From the human T2T-CHM13v2.0 reference genome, Homo sapiens: 64,000 bases of DNA. Position numbers and translations under genes: made by a program. The stretch lies in NCBI RefSeq assembly GCF_009914755.1, contig NC_060928.1; one strand, 5' to 3'. Below the pieces are notes generated by a model that was not told where the DNA came from, ran no database searches, and saw only the letters and a list, made by a program, of their open reading frames with translations. This document shows, piece after piece, positions 42,320 to 57,904 of the stretch (the stretch's first letter is position 1; every line of letters starts with the position of its first letter).

Positions 42320-43396
42320 CATGTGGAAAAATGGAAACTTCTGATTGATTAAAAATAATTGTATCTAAGATTCAACCCTAAGCATAAAATAAACCTAGAA
42401 ATCTAGCACATCTAGTTTAAAATGTTTATAAAGAGGACTGACTCTTTGAGATGGTCTTTAAGATTTCTAATAATGATAATGAGCAAAAGCACACATTTGA
42501 TTTTTGTTTTACTTTGTTGTACTGCTGAATGATATGCAAAATGAATTGATGTAATCTCTGATCCCAAAGGGACTAGTAAATGATGACAATGACATTGAGA
42601 AAAGGCTTTAATAGTTATTTCAGTTAGCTCTTAAGCATGTGTTCTAATGTTGCAATGATTCTTCTTTTGACTTCCTCTCTAGTGCCTTTTCCTTTTTCTA
42701 ATAACACATCCCAGTACTCTTGTCTGAGTGCAAGTTTCCCAAGGGCATGAAAATGCATTTAGATTCAACCTAGTTTTTACATTCCAGAATGATTCCTAAA
42801 AAGGATGGAAAAGAAACATTTAAAAATAGTAGAATTACATGTAGTAGATCAGACTGTATTTAGCCATCCTCAGAGTTGGAGAAAAATGTTTTTTATGAAG
42901 AATTCTAACATTTGTGAGAAACCACTTAAATCAGAGCACGGGTTAGTGCATATTTTCAAAGGGAATCTATTTCCAGTCAGAATCAGAGACTTTTTTTCTG
43001 ACAATGTGCAATTACCTTCCACTTATCCAACTGCCATTTTCAACTGCTATCATGCTGCCCAATCCCCAAAGCATTTAAATCAATTTCAAACTACTCACAA
43101 TTTCCCATGATTTAATTAAGCAAAACAGCTCAGTTGTATCAGAAAGTTACTTTTCTCTAAATTTTTAACATATTAGTTATATTTGTGAATATTTATATTT
43201 CCTTGGACACCATTTTAGGGAACATCCTGGGAGTAAACGAGCTGCCAAGTTTTTTTGTCATTTAGTTTTTTCAGAATTATACTACTAGATTATTAAAGAA
43301 CCTCTCCCTGCTCAAATATTGTCATTAAAAAAACCATACGTTAGTTTCATTATTTATTAAATGTTAATCATGTCTTGACTCTCTTCCTTTTAGCTG

Positions 43397-44975
43397 TAGT
43401 GGTCTTCAATTCTTTGCTACTCACAAACCACCTCAAAGAATTGTGAAAAATATCCCTTGCACATTTTTAAAGTTAACATCTCAAAATAAAATGTTGCATT
43501 ATTTAAAAAAAATCTCGAATGAAATCTTTCATAGTGATTTAATATCACCACATTATCTATGTAAAAATACATAATCAAAAAGTTACATTTTTTTCTCCTT
43601 TACCCATATTTTCATTCTACTTGTCTTAGAATTATTTCTGATATAAGAGCTTTTAAAGCTCACACATTATTCATTCATCATTCTTTTATACTTCTCTGAA
43701 ATAAAAAATAAGTTTAAAAAATTATATCTAGACAGCTTATAGAAATGCAAATATATATTTACATGTAAAATTTTATTTCTGGTAACCATAAGATATATAT
43801 GTTAAAAGTTCTGGATTGATTGATCATTACAATTATTTTAAAATAATTACTCAAAACAGCATACTTATTTTAAATCTTGATATATATTATTTAAAACACT
43901 TTGTTTTACACAACATTCCAATTACACACAATTTTATCAGAAATACGTTTCTCTTTTTGTTGCTTTCGGTGACAGAATCTCACTCTGTCACCCAGGCTGG
44001 AGTGCAGTGACGTGATCATGGCTTATTGCAGCCTCGAACTCCTCCTGGGTTTGAGAAATCCTCCCACCTCAGCCTCCTGGCTATACATTCTTCTTCTTGG
44101 CCCTGTACTATACAGGCCTGGCTGTTTTTTGTTTTTTTTTTTTTGAGATAAGATCTTGCCCTGTTGCTCAAGCTGGTCTTGAACTCCCAGCCTCAAGTGA
44201 TACTTCTTCCTCAGCCTCTCAAAGTGCTAGGATTAGCCACTGTGCCCAGCATCAGCCACCATGCCCAGCCAAGAAATGTATTTCTTAATGAAACAGATAA
44301 CACTGTCTTATATTTCAAAAAAAATATTATTTATTACTAGAATAAGACAGGAGACATTAATTCTTACGCTATTTTGGCATTTCTATATGCAGGCCCTAAG
44401 AAATTTTGGTTACATATAAATAAATGGGAATGGAAAGAAGTTTTGAATAACTGTCTCACTCGGTTCTTTCATCCTCTTTGTTCTACCCAAATCACCATGT
44501 TCTATTATCAAAAAAGTGTTTTATAATCAGCAACTCGGTTAGGGCTTCCTTTTTCTTTTTTGTTTTGTTAAATGAAGAAACCAGATTTGCAGAAGATACA
44601 TAACAAGGCATATCAAATGAATTAATTGTACCTGTTACTTTTTCACTTAGAGCAACTTTTAAACCTGACATAGTCAGAAAACAGAAATATTATTAATTTA
44701 AATATACATTGGACAATATAGTATTTTGGAAAAAATGCTATTATATTACCACATGCATTACATATACTCTTGTAAAAACTATGGGACTTCAGGCTTCGCT
44801 TATTCAGTTTTGGAAAATGTCTGTCATGCAACCTAATTGGCAAAGCCAGTTCTTTTTGATTTGACCAGTCAGCCAAATCCGAGTTACTTCCTGTCAGAAA
44901 AAGTTTGGTTTTATTTTTCAGTTCAATAAATATGTTAATACATTTTACTCTGACAACTACCTCACTTCTGAATTT
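43397..44975 (-). mobile_element. hAT-Charlie transposon fossil (Charlie7-like) with transposase remnant, interrupted by AluJ
   Basis: The minus strand of 44700-44970 reads EVR*LS...ELKNKTKLFL...WLCQLGCMTDIF / KLNKRSLKSHSF (compare hAT EVRWLSRG...YLADIF.KLNELNL.LQG). Terminus-like tagtggtcttcaa at 43397. Confidence 0.7.
43953..44270 (-). mobile_element. AluJ (AluJo-like), with an internal replacement and a duplicated 5' end
   Basis: gatcatggcttattgcagcctcgaactcc and ctcaagtgat are J-type. Degenerate TSD agaaatacgtttct (43939-43952) / agaaatgtatttct (44272-44285). Confidence 0.9.
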
Positions 44976-45403
44976 GATGACGGTTAAAGAATGGATCCTT
45001 GACGAGCTTGCTTCCTAAATGAAATAAGGCATGTCAGCTTCAATATTTCTTACTGATAATAATTTCTTTACTAGCATAAAACTCAACATCAAGAGGTCTT
45101 CATTTTTTGACAACAGCAAAGGGATAGGGGAGGCGAGGTCATTAAATGAAAATATTTAATTAGCTTCACTACTCTTTAATATGGCTGAATATAGAACACT
45201 CTAACATGAAGTTTTGCAAAAGACAAGGAAAGAGGCAAAAGACACTACTGAGGTTTATGGTATCTTCATTTAACATCTTAAAAGTTGACACCAATATTTC
45301 AATTGTCCTTTTTTTCTTGCACTTCAAAGATCTTATACTCAAGATCAAAGCATTATATGATGGGTGTAAGGTGAAAGAAGGGCAATTGAGGATGGGGTGG
45401 TGG

Positions 45404-46277
45404 CAATGGTGTGTCAGTAAATGTTTAACAACCAGTGTTCTGAAAAGAAAGTATGCCTGTATACACATGTATACATTTATTATAAGTTTTACTGATATAA
45501 AGGATATATAGCACACAATTTGCAAATAATAAGTATATAATACTTTTTATTATAAATTATACATAGGGAATTAATTGTCATAGGATGCTTTTGGTAATTT
45601 TTGCCAAACTCTTGTATCCATAGCTAAACCTTGGTTGCAACTGACAAATAGGTTCAGTTCTGACATGAATGCTGATTGATAATTTGTTTACAATAACAAG
45701 AAAAATGAATGTAAAACAACAAAGACATGTCAAAATTGACTCTTTTGCCAATGACATGAGTGATTTTGTTGCTGAAACAGATAGTAATTTTCCAATCCTA
45801 GAAAAATGCTTTGTTTTTTTTTTGCACTGTGTACAATGTAGTGGACACTTAAGTTTAATCTAAATTATTAACAATTTCTCTCTCATTTTTTAAGTGTGGC
45901 CAATCAACAAACAATAAACCAACACCTCCTTTGAAGCATATGTTGATTTCCTTATTGACTTCAAGCTACCAAGGTGATATCACTGTATATATGGAGAGTT
46001 GGGAATATATGTGCAGTAGAACACCATTTTAGAATATTTCCAACAAACAGATATAATAGATGTAAATAAGATAAAAAATGTAGATAAGAGTAAGAATGTA
46101 AAATTATAGAGAAGTCATGAGTTTTGAGTATTTGTTACCTTTGGGTTTTAATACAATTTATTTGATTATAAATTTATGTATTTTTAAATTTATGGCTGTG
46201 TTTAATAACTGGATTCTAAAATTTCTGAAAATGTAATACTTTCGGAAAAGGTTTGAATCAGCTCCAGCCCACTACTG
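45404..46277 (-). mobile_element. MER63C/D-like hAT-Blackjack DNA transposon
   Basis: Ends caatggtgtgtcagtaaatgtttaacaacc and agctccagcccactactg; ttttgagtatttgttacctttg is shared with the MER63 at 3316. 8-bp TSD ggtggtgg / ggtggaag. Confidence 0.82.
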
Positions 46278-46637
46278 GGTGGAAGGTTAAGAGAAAGTGT
46301 GACTCCTCAGACGTTGAAGATCTGATTCCCTTAGTTTTCTAAGTATTTTCTAGCTCTCTCAATTAATAATTTTTAGTCATGCTCATCTACAAAATCTTTT
46401 AGATAGTATTTCTTGTCTTGTTTTCTTTTTTCTTTTTTGCTGTGCTTTTTTCATTGACACTGAAAATGAAGTTTTTCTTTATCCAACATGGGGATAATCC
46501 AGATTTAGTCATTACCAACACAGGTGTGGTAAATTAAAGTAATTGTTTCAATTCTTCTTGGTCCTGTACTATACAACTCTGCCTTTTCCAAGTACTCATA
46601 GTGGAGTGTACTAGTCAACACTTAGACATATCCATTT

Positions 46638-47087
46638 ATATAGGATATGAAGATGTGCCACCCTGATCTCCCTTCAAATGAGAACTCTTGCTCATCTATG
46701 TGCTGGAAGTGCTGTCAATTGACAGACTTCAGTTGATGACCCATGCAGGGATTGCTTTGGCTGTAGAAAGCCCCCTTGCCAAAGTTCCTGCCCTTCCAGG
46801 CATGGCCCACACCCAAAGACTGATTAAGGTGGAAACAAAAGGGTCTAGACATTGTGCTGAAACATAGATCAGTTTTTTTTTTTTTTATTATTTCAATTCC
46901 ATGTCTATCTGTGAGGCTGGATAATCTATGGACTTCACTGCTTAATTGTTCTGCTTCTCGCAATGCCCAATCTTGCTTGCTCTCCCTTTATTCCATAGAT
47001 ATTGATACCAAGGGCACTTCATGATGAATAACTTGAACTATAAACTCTGTCTTAGAGTCTGCTTCCTGGAGAACAAAAACTGCAACA
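46638..47087 (+). mobile_element. ERVL LTR (LTR16A-like), 5' LTR
   Basis: gatgtgccaccctgatctcccttca...gctggaagtgctgtc...gcccaatcttgctt...aaactctgtcttagagtctgcttcctggagaac...tgcaaca. Confidence 0.85.
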
Positions 47088-47750
47088 ATTGATGCCAGGG
47101 GTGGTCCAGAAAAATAGGCAATAATACACGGTCTGTTGACTAGATTACCCACCACTCAGGTGGCAATGACATTCCTATCCATGGTCATAGGTGATACATA
47201 GATAACACCTGGCACAAAAGATAGTCCAATTGTAAAAATTTTCAAAGGTGATGAATTTGGGCTCATACACCTATAAAAGAGAAAGCATCAGCTCGTGCAA
47301 TGTATCAAGCATTTGAAAAGTATGAGAAAAATAGTACCCATAAAAACGATGGCCGAATGGTTGAATGGTTATTGCTAAACAATACTAAAACTCCAAAAAA
47401 GTTAATGACAGGTTGAGAGTGATTCACTGGCAATTGAAAGTTAGAAGATTTGAAAGTTAGAAGATTTCCTTGGTAGCATACAACAGACCTTTATTTTCCT
47501 GCATTGAGAAGGCAGAGAAAGGTGGAGACTAGGATGACAACCTGGTTGAAAGAGTGTCTGAGCTCCAAAGAAGGTAAAATGCCTGAGAAAGCAGGTCAGC
47601 AATGTCAATGTCAGGCTCTGTTTGGGAAGGAATATGACCCTGACAATGGGATGGAGAAATCTGAAATAATGTTCCCAAAAATCTTTTTTTTTTGGAATTG
47701 CCAAATTTCTTTAAACGCAACTCAACATAGGCCCCCTTTAAGGTCTATGT
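47088..47750 (+). mobile_element. ERVL internal 5' segment (ERV3-16A3-like), with a degenerate Leu-tRNA primer-binding site
   Basis: ttgatgccaggggtggtcc follows the LTR directly (compare tggtgccaggagtgg); gag-like remnant ggctctgtttgggaaggaatatgaccctg. Confidence 0.7.
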
Positions 47751-47751
47751 A

Positions 47752-48550
47752 AAAAAACTCTCAAAACGCAACAATAAAACTCAAAACATTGAATGAGAAA
47801 GTAGACAAAGGAAAATAAATTTCCCAGAGAAGTGAAAACTTATGTTTGTACAAAAACCTGTACATAAATTGTTTATCAGATTTATCTATAAGAGCCAAAC
47901 ACTGGAATAAGTCTAGATGTTTTTCAACAGTAGATAATTAAACACACTGTGGTAGCTATATGTGATATTCAGCAAAAAAGAGTGAAAAAATAGTGAAATA
48001 TTGATACATGTAAACACTGGATGAATCTCAAAAGAATTATTCTGAATGAAAAAAAGCCAATCCTAAAATGTCACTTGCTGTTTAGGTCAATTTTTCTAAT
48101 ATCTTGAAATGTCAACATTTTTTGTATGGAGGAGAGATTAGTAGTTTCCAGGTCTAGGGATCAGGGGTGGGGTAGAGTGAAGGGCAGGAGGTAGATTTTG
48201 GTGATAAAAGGGCAAAGGGTTTATTTTGTGTAATGCTGGAACTGTTCAATATCTTGACTGTAGTGGTGGCTACACTGGCCTACATGTGATAAAATTGTGT
48301 AGAACTAAATGCACAAACACATACACACACACACAAATGAGTGCAAGCAAATGGGAAATCTGAATACAATTGGTGGCTTGTATCCATGTCAATATTCTAG
48401 TTATGATATTATCCTATAGATAATATCATAATATTTGCAAATATTACTATTGGTGGAAACTGGATAAAGTATATGTTGGGTCTTATTATTATTCCTTACA
48501 ACTACTGCATGCAAATCTGCAATATGATCAATAAAGTTTTAATTAAAAAA
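47752..48550 (+). mobile_element. L1MD-like 3' end
   Basis: cccagagaagtgaaaacttatgtt...atgaatctcaaaagaatta...tacatgtgataaaattgtgtagaactaaa...caaatctgcaat...ataaagttttaattaaaaaa. Confidence 0.85.
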
Positions 48551-48559
48551 CATTATGAC

Positions 48560-50580
<2,021 letters not shown>

Positions 50581-50594
50581 AGAAACTAAACATT

Positions 50595-51562
50595 TTTTGG
50601 TAGTTTGATAGGAATAGGATTGCATCTGTAAATTGCTTTGGGCATTTTGACCACTTTAATGATATTGATTCTTCCTACCCATGAGCATGAGATGTTTTCC
50701 ATTTGTTTGTGTCTTCTCTGATTTCTTTGAGCAATGTTTTGTAATCCTCATTATAGAGACCTTTCACGTACCTGCGGTCAACAAACATATGGAAAAAAAG
50801 CTCAGTAACACTGATTATTAGAGAAATGCAAATCAAAACCACAATGAAATACCATCTCACATCAGTCAGAATGGCTATTACTAAAAAGTCAAAAAATATC
50901 AGATGCTGGCAAGGTTGTGGATAAAAGGGAACACTTATACACTGTTAGTATGAGTGTAAATTAGTTCAGCCACTGTGGAAAGCAGTAGGGCAATTCCTCA
51001 AAGAGCTAAAAGGAGAACTACCATTCAACCCAACAATCCCATTACTGGGTAGATACCCAGAGGAAAATAAATCATTTTACTACAAAGACACATGCACATA
51101 AATGTTCAATGCAGCACTATTCACAATAGCAAAGACATGGAATAAACCTAAATGCCCATCAATGACAGAGTGAATAAAGAAAATGTGGTACATATACACC
51201 ATGGAATACTATGCAGTCATAAAAAAGAATAGATCGTGTCTTTTGTGGGAACATGGATGGAGCTGGAGGCCATTATCCTTAGCAAAGTAATGCAGGAACA
51301 GAAAACCAAATACTGCATATTCTCACTTATAAATAAGTAGGAGCTAAATGATGAAAACTTACGAACACAAATAAGGAAACAACAGACACTGTGGTCTACT
51401 TGAGTGGGAGGGTGGGAGGAGGGAGAGGAGCAGAAAAGATAATCACTGGGCACTGGGCTTAATACCTGGGTGATGAAATAATCTATACAACAAGCCCCCA
51501 TGACACACATTTACCTATGTAACAAACCTGCACAAATACCCCCAACCCTAAAAGTTAAAAAA
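50595..51562 (+). mobile_element. L1PA15/16-like insertion, 5'-truncated with 5' inversion (50595-~50773 minus; ~50774-51562 plus)
   Basis: TSD agaaactaaacatt (50581-50594) / agaaactaagcatt (51563-51576). 3' UTR gagaggagcagaaaagataa...gggcttaatacctgggtgatgaaataatc. Confidence 0.9.
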
Positions 51563-52349
51563 AGAAACTAAGCATTCATATATAGAAAATGCTAAAATAC
51601 AAAATAGTTACAAACACATATCTATTAGAAGTGGCGATAAAGGGGGATTTTACTTTTTACTCTGCATAGTTCTATAATCACATATTACTTTAGTGAATAC
51701 AAAATATTTAAAAATCCAATGTCATAAAATTATTACTGTCAGAAATTCTTCACTGCCATCCTCTCATACTTCTATCCTTGATCATCTAAGGCCCTGACAC
51801 CTTCCACATGCAAGTTCCATTCTGAATAGGATCTGGAACTATTTTGATGAAGGCAGGCACTGTTTCAGCAGTTTCCATTCACCTGTGGTACACTCAATAT
51901 CCACTGAGCCTCGGGTGAGCCCTGGCGGTCCATGTGCTTATTAAATTCCTACTTTCTGGTAAGTGTCTTTTCCAAATAATTTTGCTAGTACCCTTTACTT
52001 GGTAGCTTCTGCCTTTAGCAGGCCCGTTTCCCATCAGCCTGGATCCCTACCCCTAAGTCAAGTGCTAGAGCATCATTTCTGACTACCCTAGGAGTGGAGC
52101 ATGGATGACATTTGCTTTATCCTCAGTTGCTTTCATCACTGGGACTGGATTAAAATCCTAGTCTCATGGACTCCCTTTGCTTTGCCACACCTCTTGATTA
52201 AAACTCTGAGCCAGCCCAGAGGAATCTCAGGTTTGGTGGAAATCTTTAGACATGGTACCTCACACTCACTGCCTGGCTGTTGAGTTGGCTGCCAACCCCA
52301 CAGCTGAGGAAGCTTCCATGACCCTACTCTGTCTAGTCCCAGTTTCTTC

Positions 52350-52778
52350 TTCTTGTTTAGCAGGCAAATCCTGAATATTCTTCATTTTGCCCCTCAGTTT
52401 TCTCTTTAACCACTTCTATCTTGCCTTGTGTCCTGGGAAGCTGACCTTTACACACTGCAATATTATTAGTATGATCAGCAGGCTGGAGGAAAGGAAGTTT
52501 GTGATATTTATTCCCTGCTTGTTTCTCCTGACAAAGCCAGAGCTCCTTTCAGGAGGTTCTCTCATATCACTGCAAGTCTCACTGGCTGCTGGTGACAGCG
52601 CCCTCCCTTTATCCTTTCAAGCCCAGATAGCAGCTGTTGCTGGTCCAGGATTTTGAACTATCTCTGTGAGTTTTCCTTAATGTTGCCCATGCCTTTGTTA
52701 ATAGATTCTTTATTAACGTTTCTTTAGCCACTGTTTTGAGTGTGCTGTCTGTGTCCTGCCAGGACTCTGATGCGAACT
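52350..52778 (+). mobile_element. ERVL LTR (LTR41-like)
   Basis: tgtgtcctgggaagctgacc...atatttattccct...gcccatgcctttgttaatag...tttgagtgtgctgtctgtgtcctgccaggactctga. Confidence 0.7.
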
Positions 52779-53356
52779 GTATTTATTACTGCAGTTGGGA
52801 AAGCTGGAGCATAAGCACTTTTGAGTTGTGGTGCTAAAGGCAGCAGGGACACTCGTTTCTTGTCTTTGAATTTTAAAATCTCTTTCCTGTTAAAGACAGA
52901 CTATATTCATAAAGTAAACATTACAGTAAATCTTCTCTAATCACTACAGTTGCTGAAATACTAGACATTTGGTGTTTCTCTAGCCCCTGGTTAAAGATAA
53001 AATAGTATTTCAGTATTGGTCACATGCTGATAAAGTGGACATCAAATCTAATTACTTACACTTAAAAACCAGCATTAACAATTCTGAACTTAGAAAAATC
53101 TCCTATATCATGCCCAGTCTATGCAGTATTATGTTTTCTTTCAACTATTTAATTTCTACTATTTGCTAGACCACATTATTTTTGTATTTTCTCTCAGTAG
53201 ATTGTAATTCCTTTTCAGGAATATATATTGTAGTACTTCGTCTGTTGCATATGTTCAATCGACTATTTGTTTAACAATCTGAAAAAAAGACAAAGCAAGG
53301 TAATTGGAACTATGGTTCAATGTAACTGATTTGGTCCTCTTTTTTGGTAGTGTAAA

Positions 53357-53430
53357 TTTATTTAGCAAATATTTATTGAGCGCTTATCTTTCTATTAGAT
53401 GTCAGGCATTGTATTAGGTATAAGGTTTCC
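53357..53430 (-). mobile_element. LINE-2 tail fragment
   Basis: atttagcaaatatttattgagcgctta...gtcaggcattgtattagg. Confidence 0.6.
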
Positions 53431-53559
53431 ATGTAGCAAAAATTTATGATGGAGTAAAGTCAAGGTAGTTTTTATAGCAAAAATTAATATTAAAAAAGCA
53501 AACCATGTCTTATGTAAAAGTTTCCATCCCTTGCCTTTTTAGTGCATATCAAAACACAC

Positions 53560-53655
53560 TTCTTATTATACTGTTTCTATGGAAAAATGCATTCTAAGTA
53601 TTAACCAACTTTTAAGTGGATGCTTGGCTTTCAATCTTTTTAAATTGAAAACTGT
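53560..53655 (-). mobile_element. Tigger15-like terminal fragment
   Basis: ctgtttctatggaaaaatgcattctaagt...aaattgaaaactg resembles the Tigger15a end as I recall it. Confidence 0.4.
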
Positions 53656-55169
53656 TTTTCTGTGACCCCTTTTAACATCTTGAAGAAGATGCTCTGAAAG
53701 CTTATAAATCTAGGTTAACAATCAGAACTATAAAAAAGGTAATTTAATCCTTGCTTTAAATCATTTTTTGACATTTCTCTTCTCTTGCAAATGATAAAAG
53801 AAAAACAAATGAAGGCTTAGAAATTAATTAACCATAAGCCATTATACCAAACAAGGCTTAATCATTTCCTTAAATTTCAAATCTGACAGAAATAACTACA
53901 TTGAATGGTATCCATCCAGGAACAAGGCAAAATCTACAATGGAGTCAGATGCTCATTGAATTTTCCTTTTTTTGGAGTTGATGAGCCTCAGTAGGTGATA
54001 GTAACTCTGCTATAAATGATGATGTCACTCATTATTACGACAAGAGGAGAGCATACTTCTCAGAAATTCTGACCATCTGTCTTGAAATATGTTCAGCTCA
54101 TCACTCAATACAAATTCTTCTTTCCGGGATCCCTAATTTAGGGGCTGTGTCCATTTTTAAGTTTAGCTGGGTAAAAAATTTCTGTTCTCGTAAGATGAAT
54201 CATTTATCAACTCCTATTGCAACTTTTGGCAAAATATTTTAAGTGTCATTCTTAACATATAACAAATTCTCAACAAATAACAATGCCTTTTAATTTAGTA
54301 TTTTAAATTGTTCTTTGCTTTCTTCAACTTTATTGTCCTATTTTATACTAATGAGTTGTAGGTCCTGTAATAATTCAATATTTTTTTGCACGCAATCTAT
54401 CCACTTTCCTACTTGAGAAGTCAGATGGTGTAGTTTCAGTCACATCTTTTCTACTGGAAGAACAATAGAGTCATCTAATGTGTCTTTTTCCAACTCTGAA
54501 AACCATATTTCCAAAGGGGATGGTGTACCTGGCCATTTGGTCTGCCATATTTGAACATTTATCAACCTCACCTTGCATCCTGCTGAGAGCATGTGTGCTA
54601 CTTTTTGAAAAACTGTCATGATGATACTCTCTTATTTTTATATCTGCCATGTGTTTATTTCTATTTGTTTCACAGCTGACCGGCCTATAGACTGGCTATA
54701 GTTTTTTAGCCAGATGTTATTCCTGGGTTTTGCCATCCCTGTATTTGTATTGGAAAATATCCCCTGTTCATAAAATCAGCTGCGCTGTAGGTAAGACTAT
54801 ACCTCTGAACTATGTGTTAAAGCTCAGCTTTAAAAACATCAGCCCTCTTGGGGCATTATTTACAATGAGTCAATACTTTTAGAGCTCCTGTGTTCTCAAT
54901 ACCTTTAGTGATAAGTTATTGTGTTTGTTGATTCTTAGATTGTTTATGAACATTTATTTGCTTCTAATAGGCATCTATAAATTTCAGAAAATACGCTTGA
55001 CTAGATAGCTAGTACATTTGATTTGCAGATATTTGGGTCACAAAGTATAACTTCAATTTAGAAAAGAAGTAATACATTTTGTTTACTAGCTGTTAAACCT
55101 GCCTGGAAACTCCTCTACAGCAAAATTCTGACTGTTTTCCACACATCTATTGTATTCCTTTTTCACTGT

Positions 55170-55640
55170 GTAGCCTGCTATCTATTTCCAGTGTGTAGCA
55201 GTTATGCAATTTGGATGAAATTAACTCAACTCTGATTGTGAATCCCATGCTTCTTGACAGAGCAATTAGTTCAGTGATGAGCATGTGAGCCTAGTATTTA
55301 ACCAAAGAGTACAAGGTGTTCTCCTGGCTAGAGGGCTCATTCAAGGATGCCTCAATTAGGATGAACTTCAGCCCTTGTGTTCTTTAGGTTTGGGAAGGAA
55401 ATACAATTTTCCCATCTTTGGATGTGAATGAAGAAATACCTCGTGTAAGACCACCATCATATAACCTGCAAAAATCAGCCATTGTGAATGATGCCCCAAC
55501 AGTTACTCAGTGTACAATAAGCACAGTCATACCCAGTGTCTGGATTAAGCCCCGATTGCTGCCCACTGCCATCTTGTGACCATAAGTGAAGCCAGTCTGA
55601 AGACAAAGCTGGTATGGAAATAGAACTTAGATAATTACAG
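55170..55640 (+). mobile_element. MLT1 (K-like) LTR
   Basis: gcaattagttcagtgatgagcatgtga...ggatgtgaatgaagaa...gccatcttgtgaccataagtgaagccagtctgaagacaaagc. Confidence 0.55.
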
Positions 55641-55933
55641 AACAAGAGGGTTGTATGTGTAGGCATATAGTTTTGTAATAGTAGCACTCTATGCTATTAA
55701 AATCGCTGTATGTTAAATCTTATTTTTCTTTAATTGGTCTGAAAAAATAAAAATTGAAGAACTTAAAGGAAATTTAAATTTCAGACAAAAATTCACCACA
55801 GACTATTATTTATTAGTTTGAATAATAACAATTATTAATTAGTTATTTAAAAACTAAAGTTATTAAAAATTACCCCTAAACTGGAAAATAATAAAAATAG
55901 CTAAGAGTTCAGAGTCATCACGTTCTCTTCTAA

Positions 55934-56309
<376 letters not shown>

Positions 56310-57049
56310 TATATTTTTTATTTTGAAAAGATTCATAATATTTATATTATGTGCCGTAATTCCTCTGGTTTTCCTCTGAATGTAAATGGATAGACTGCTT
56401 ACTACCAAGTCCTTTTCCATGGCTTCCCCATTCTTGACCTCTTTATTTGAGTCAACTTTTGGTCACCTGCATGTCATCATTGAGTACTATTTTTGTCCAG
56501 GAGGGCTTATGTGTGTCATAGTCTCTAAGTTTGTCATTGTAGAGAATAAATGCCCCCAGTGTTATAATTAAATGACAACTCAATATTGTCAAATAATGAA
56601 ATTTCAGCAAATTGAATTGAAAGATCTAATTGGCTTTTATTAGCTATTTTTCAACTAGGCAGTATCACGTCTATGAAAGATGTTCTGTCAGGTGGCTAAA
56701 CAGTCAGTTTTTGAAAAGGAACTTGAGCAGGAACAAGGAAGCAGCATATTGCAAAGAGCCATCATCTAACATCAACTTACTGCAGGTGACTTTCCTTATA
56801 GCGCCAAGGCAGAGGGGTCCTCCGTACCATGCAGGGTCAGGTTGATTGGGCATGTTTGGATTGGTTGCTGTGAATCCCCTGGTTTTTGTTTTTGTTTTTT
56901 TATTTTTTTTAATTGACCTGTTTTTAAGTTGTTTGGTTAGGTACCACCCTAACATGAATAATTCTGTTCTGGTTGGTTCTGGTCTGTTGGGTCTAGTGTG
57001 GGAGCTCAGTTCAAAACAGCGGCCTCTCATACATTTTATTTAACAGTAT

Positions 57050-57890
57050 GCTTTTCTTTGATATTACTTTTCTTCCCTTGGAACTTCATAAAATAGTGCT
57101 TCTGGTTTTACTGGCATTGAATAATACTGAGAAAGTTTGAGGGTAACCTCAGTTTCTCCCCTCTGATAGATGACTTCAAGAAAAAATTGAATGGTGGAAG
57201 AATTTTTTCTTTATTATTGAGTTTCTACAATTTAACTATGATTTGTTTCTATCTCAGTCACTCTAAATCAAAATTTTCAACTAAACATATTGATTTCAAT
57301 CTACAGACTCAATTCTTTCTACACTTCAGTGACATTTTCCTGTATTATACCTATAGATGTTTTCCTATTCTTGTTTGTTTGAAATTTCTACTTAAGGAAC
57401 ACAAATTGTCTTTATGCTGTTTATTCCTTTCCCATCCTTTTTATCCATCATCATAACTCTAGTTTTTATAATCTTGTTGCCTCTTTCTCTATGTTCATTT
57501 TGATTACCTTAAGCTTTCTATACAACATTAATTTTATTTGATTTTAGTCATATCTGTGCTGTTTCCTGCTATTTCGTTTGTGTATTGTTTCAGAAATTGT
57601 GTGTTTTGGTTCTCAATTTATTTTCTTAGCTCTGACATACCCTCTTGCTTTGTAGTTTGTTTTTATGTCATCTTACCTTTGAGCAATCATGTTTCCTCTC
57701 ATCCTTAGAAACTTAATTGAATTACTTTATTAAGGTCTTCTATAGAGCAAAAACTTTGGCAAAAAAAAAATTCAGTGCTTCTTGGGTTATGTGCTCTACT
57801 AAAATAAATTTTTCTTTAGTATATTTGTAAGTTTTACACTACTTTTTTTTCATCTTGCTCATAATAAATTTAAGTAGGTCTGTTTAGATC
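57050..57890 (-). mobile_element. Very old L1/HAL1-like fragment
   Basis: Strongly T-rich, with tttctacaatttaactatgatttgt and cttcagtgacattttcctgtattata resembling antisense ORF1-type sequence. Confidence 0.4.
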
Positions 57891-57904
57891 TTGCTGACCT
57901 GATT

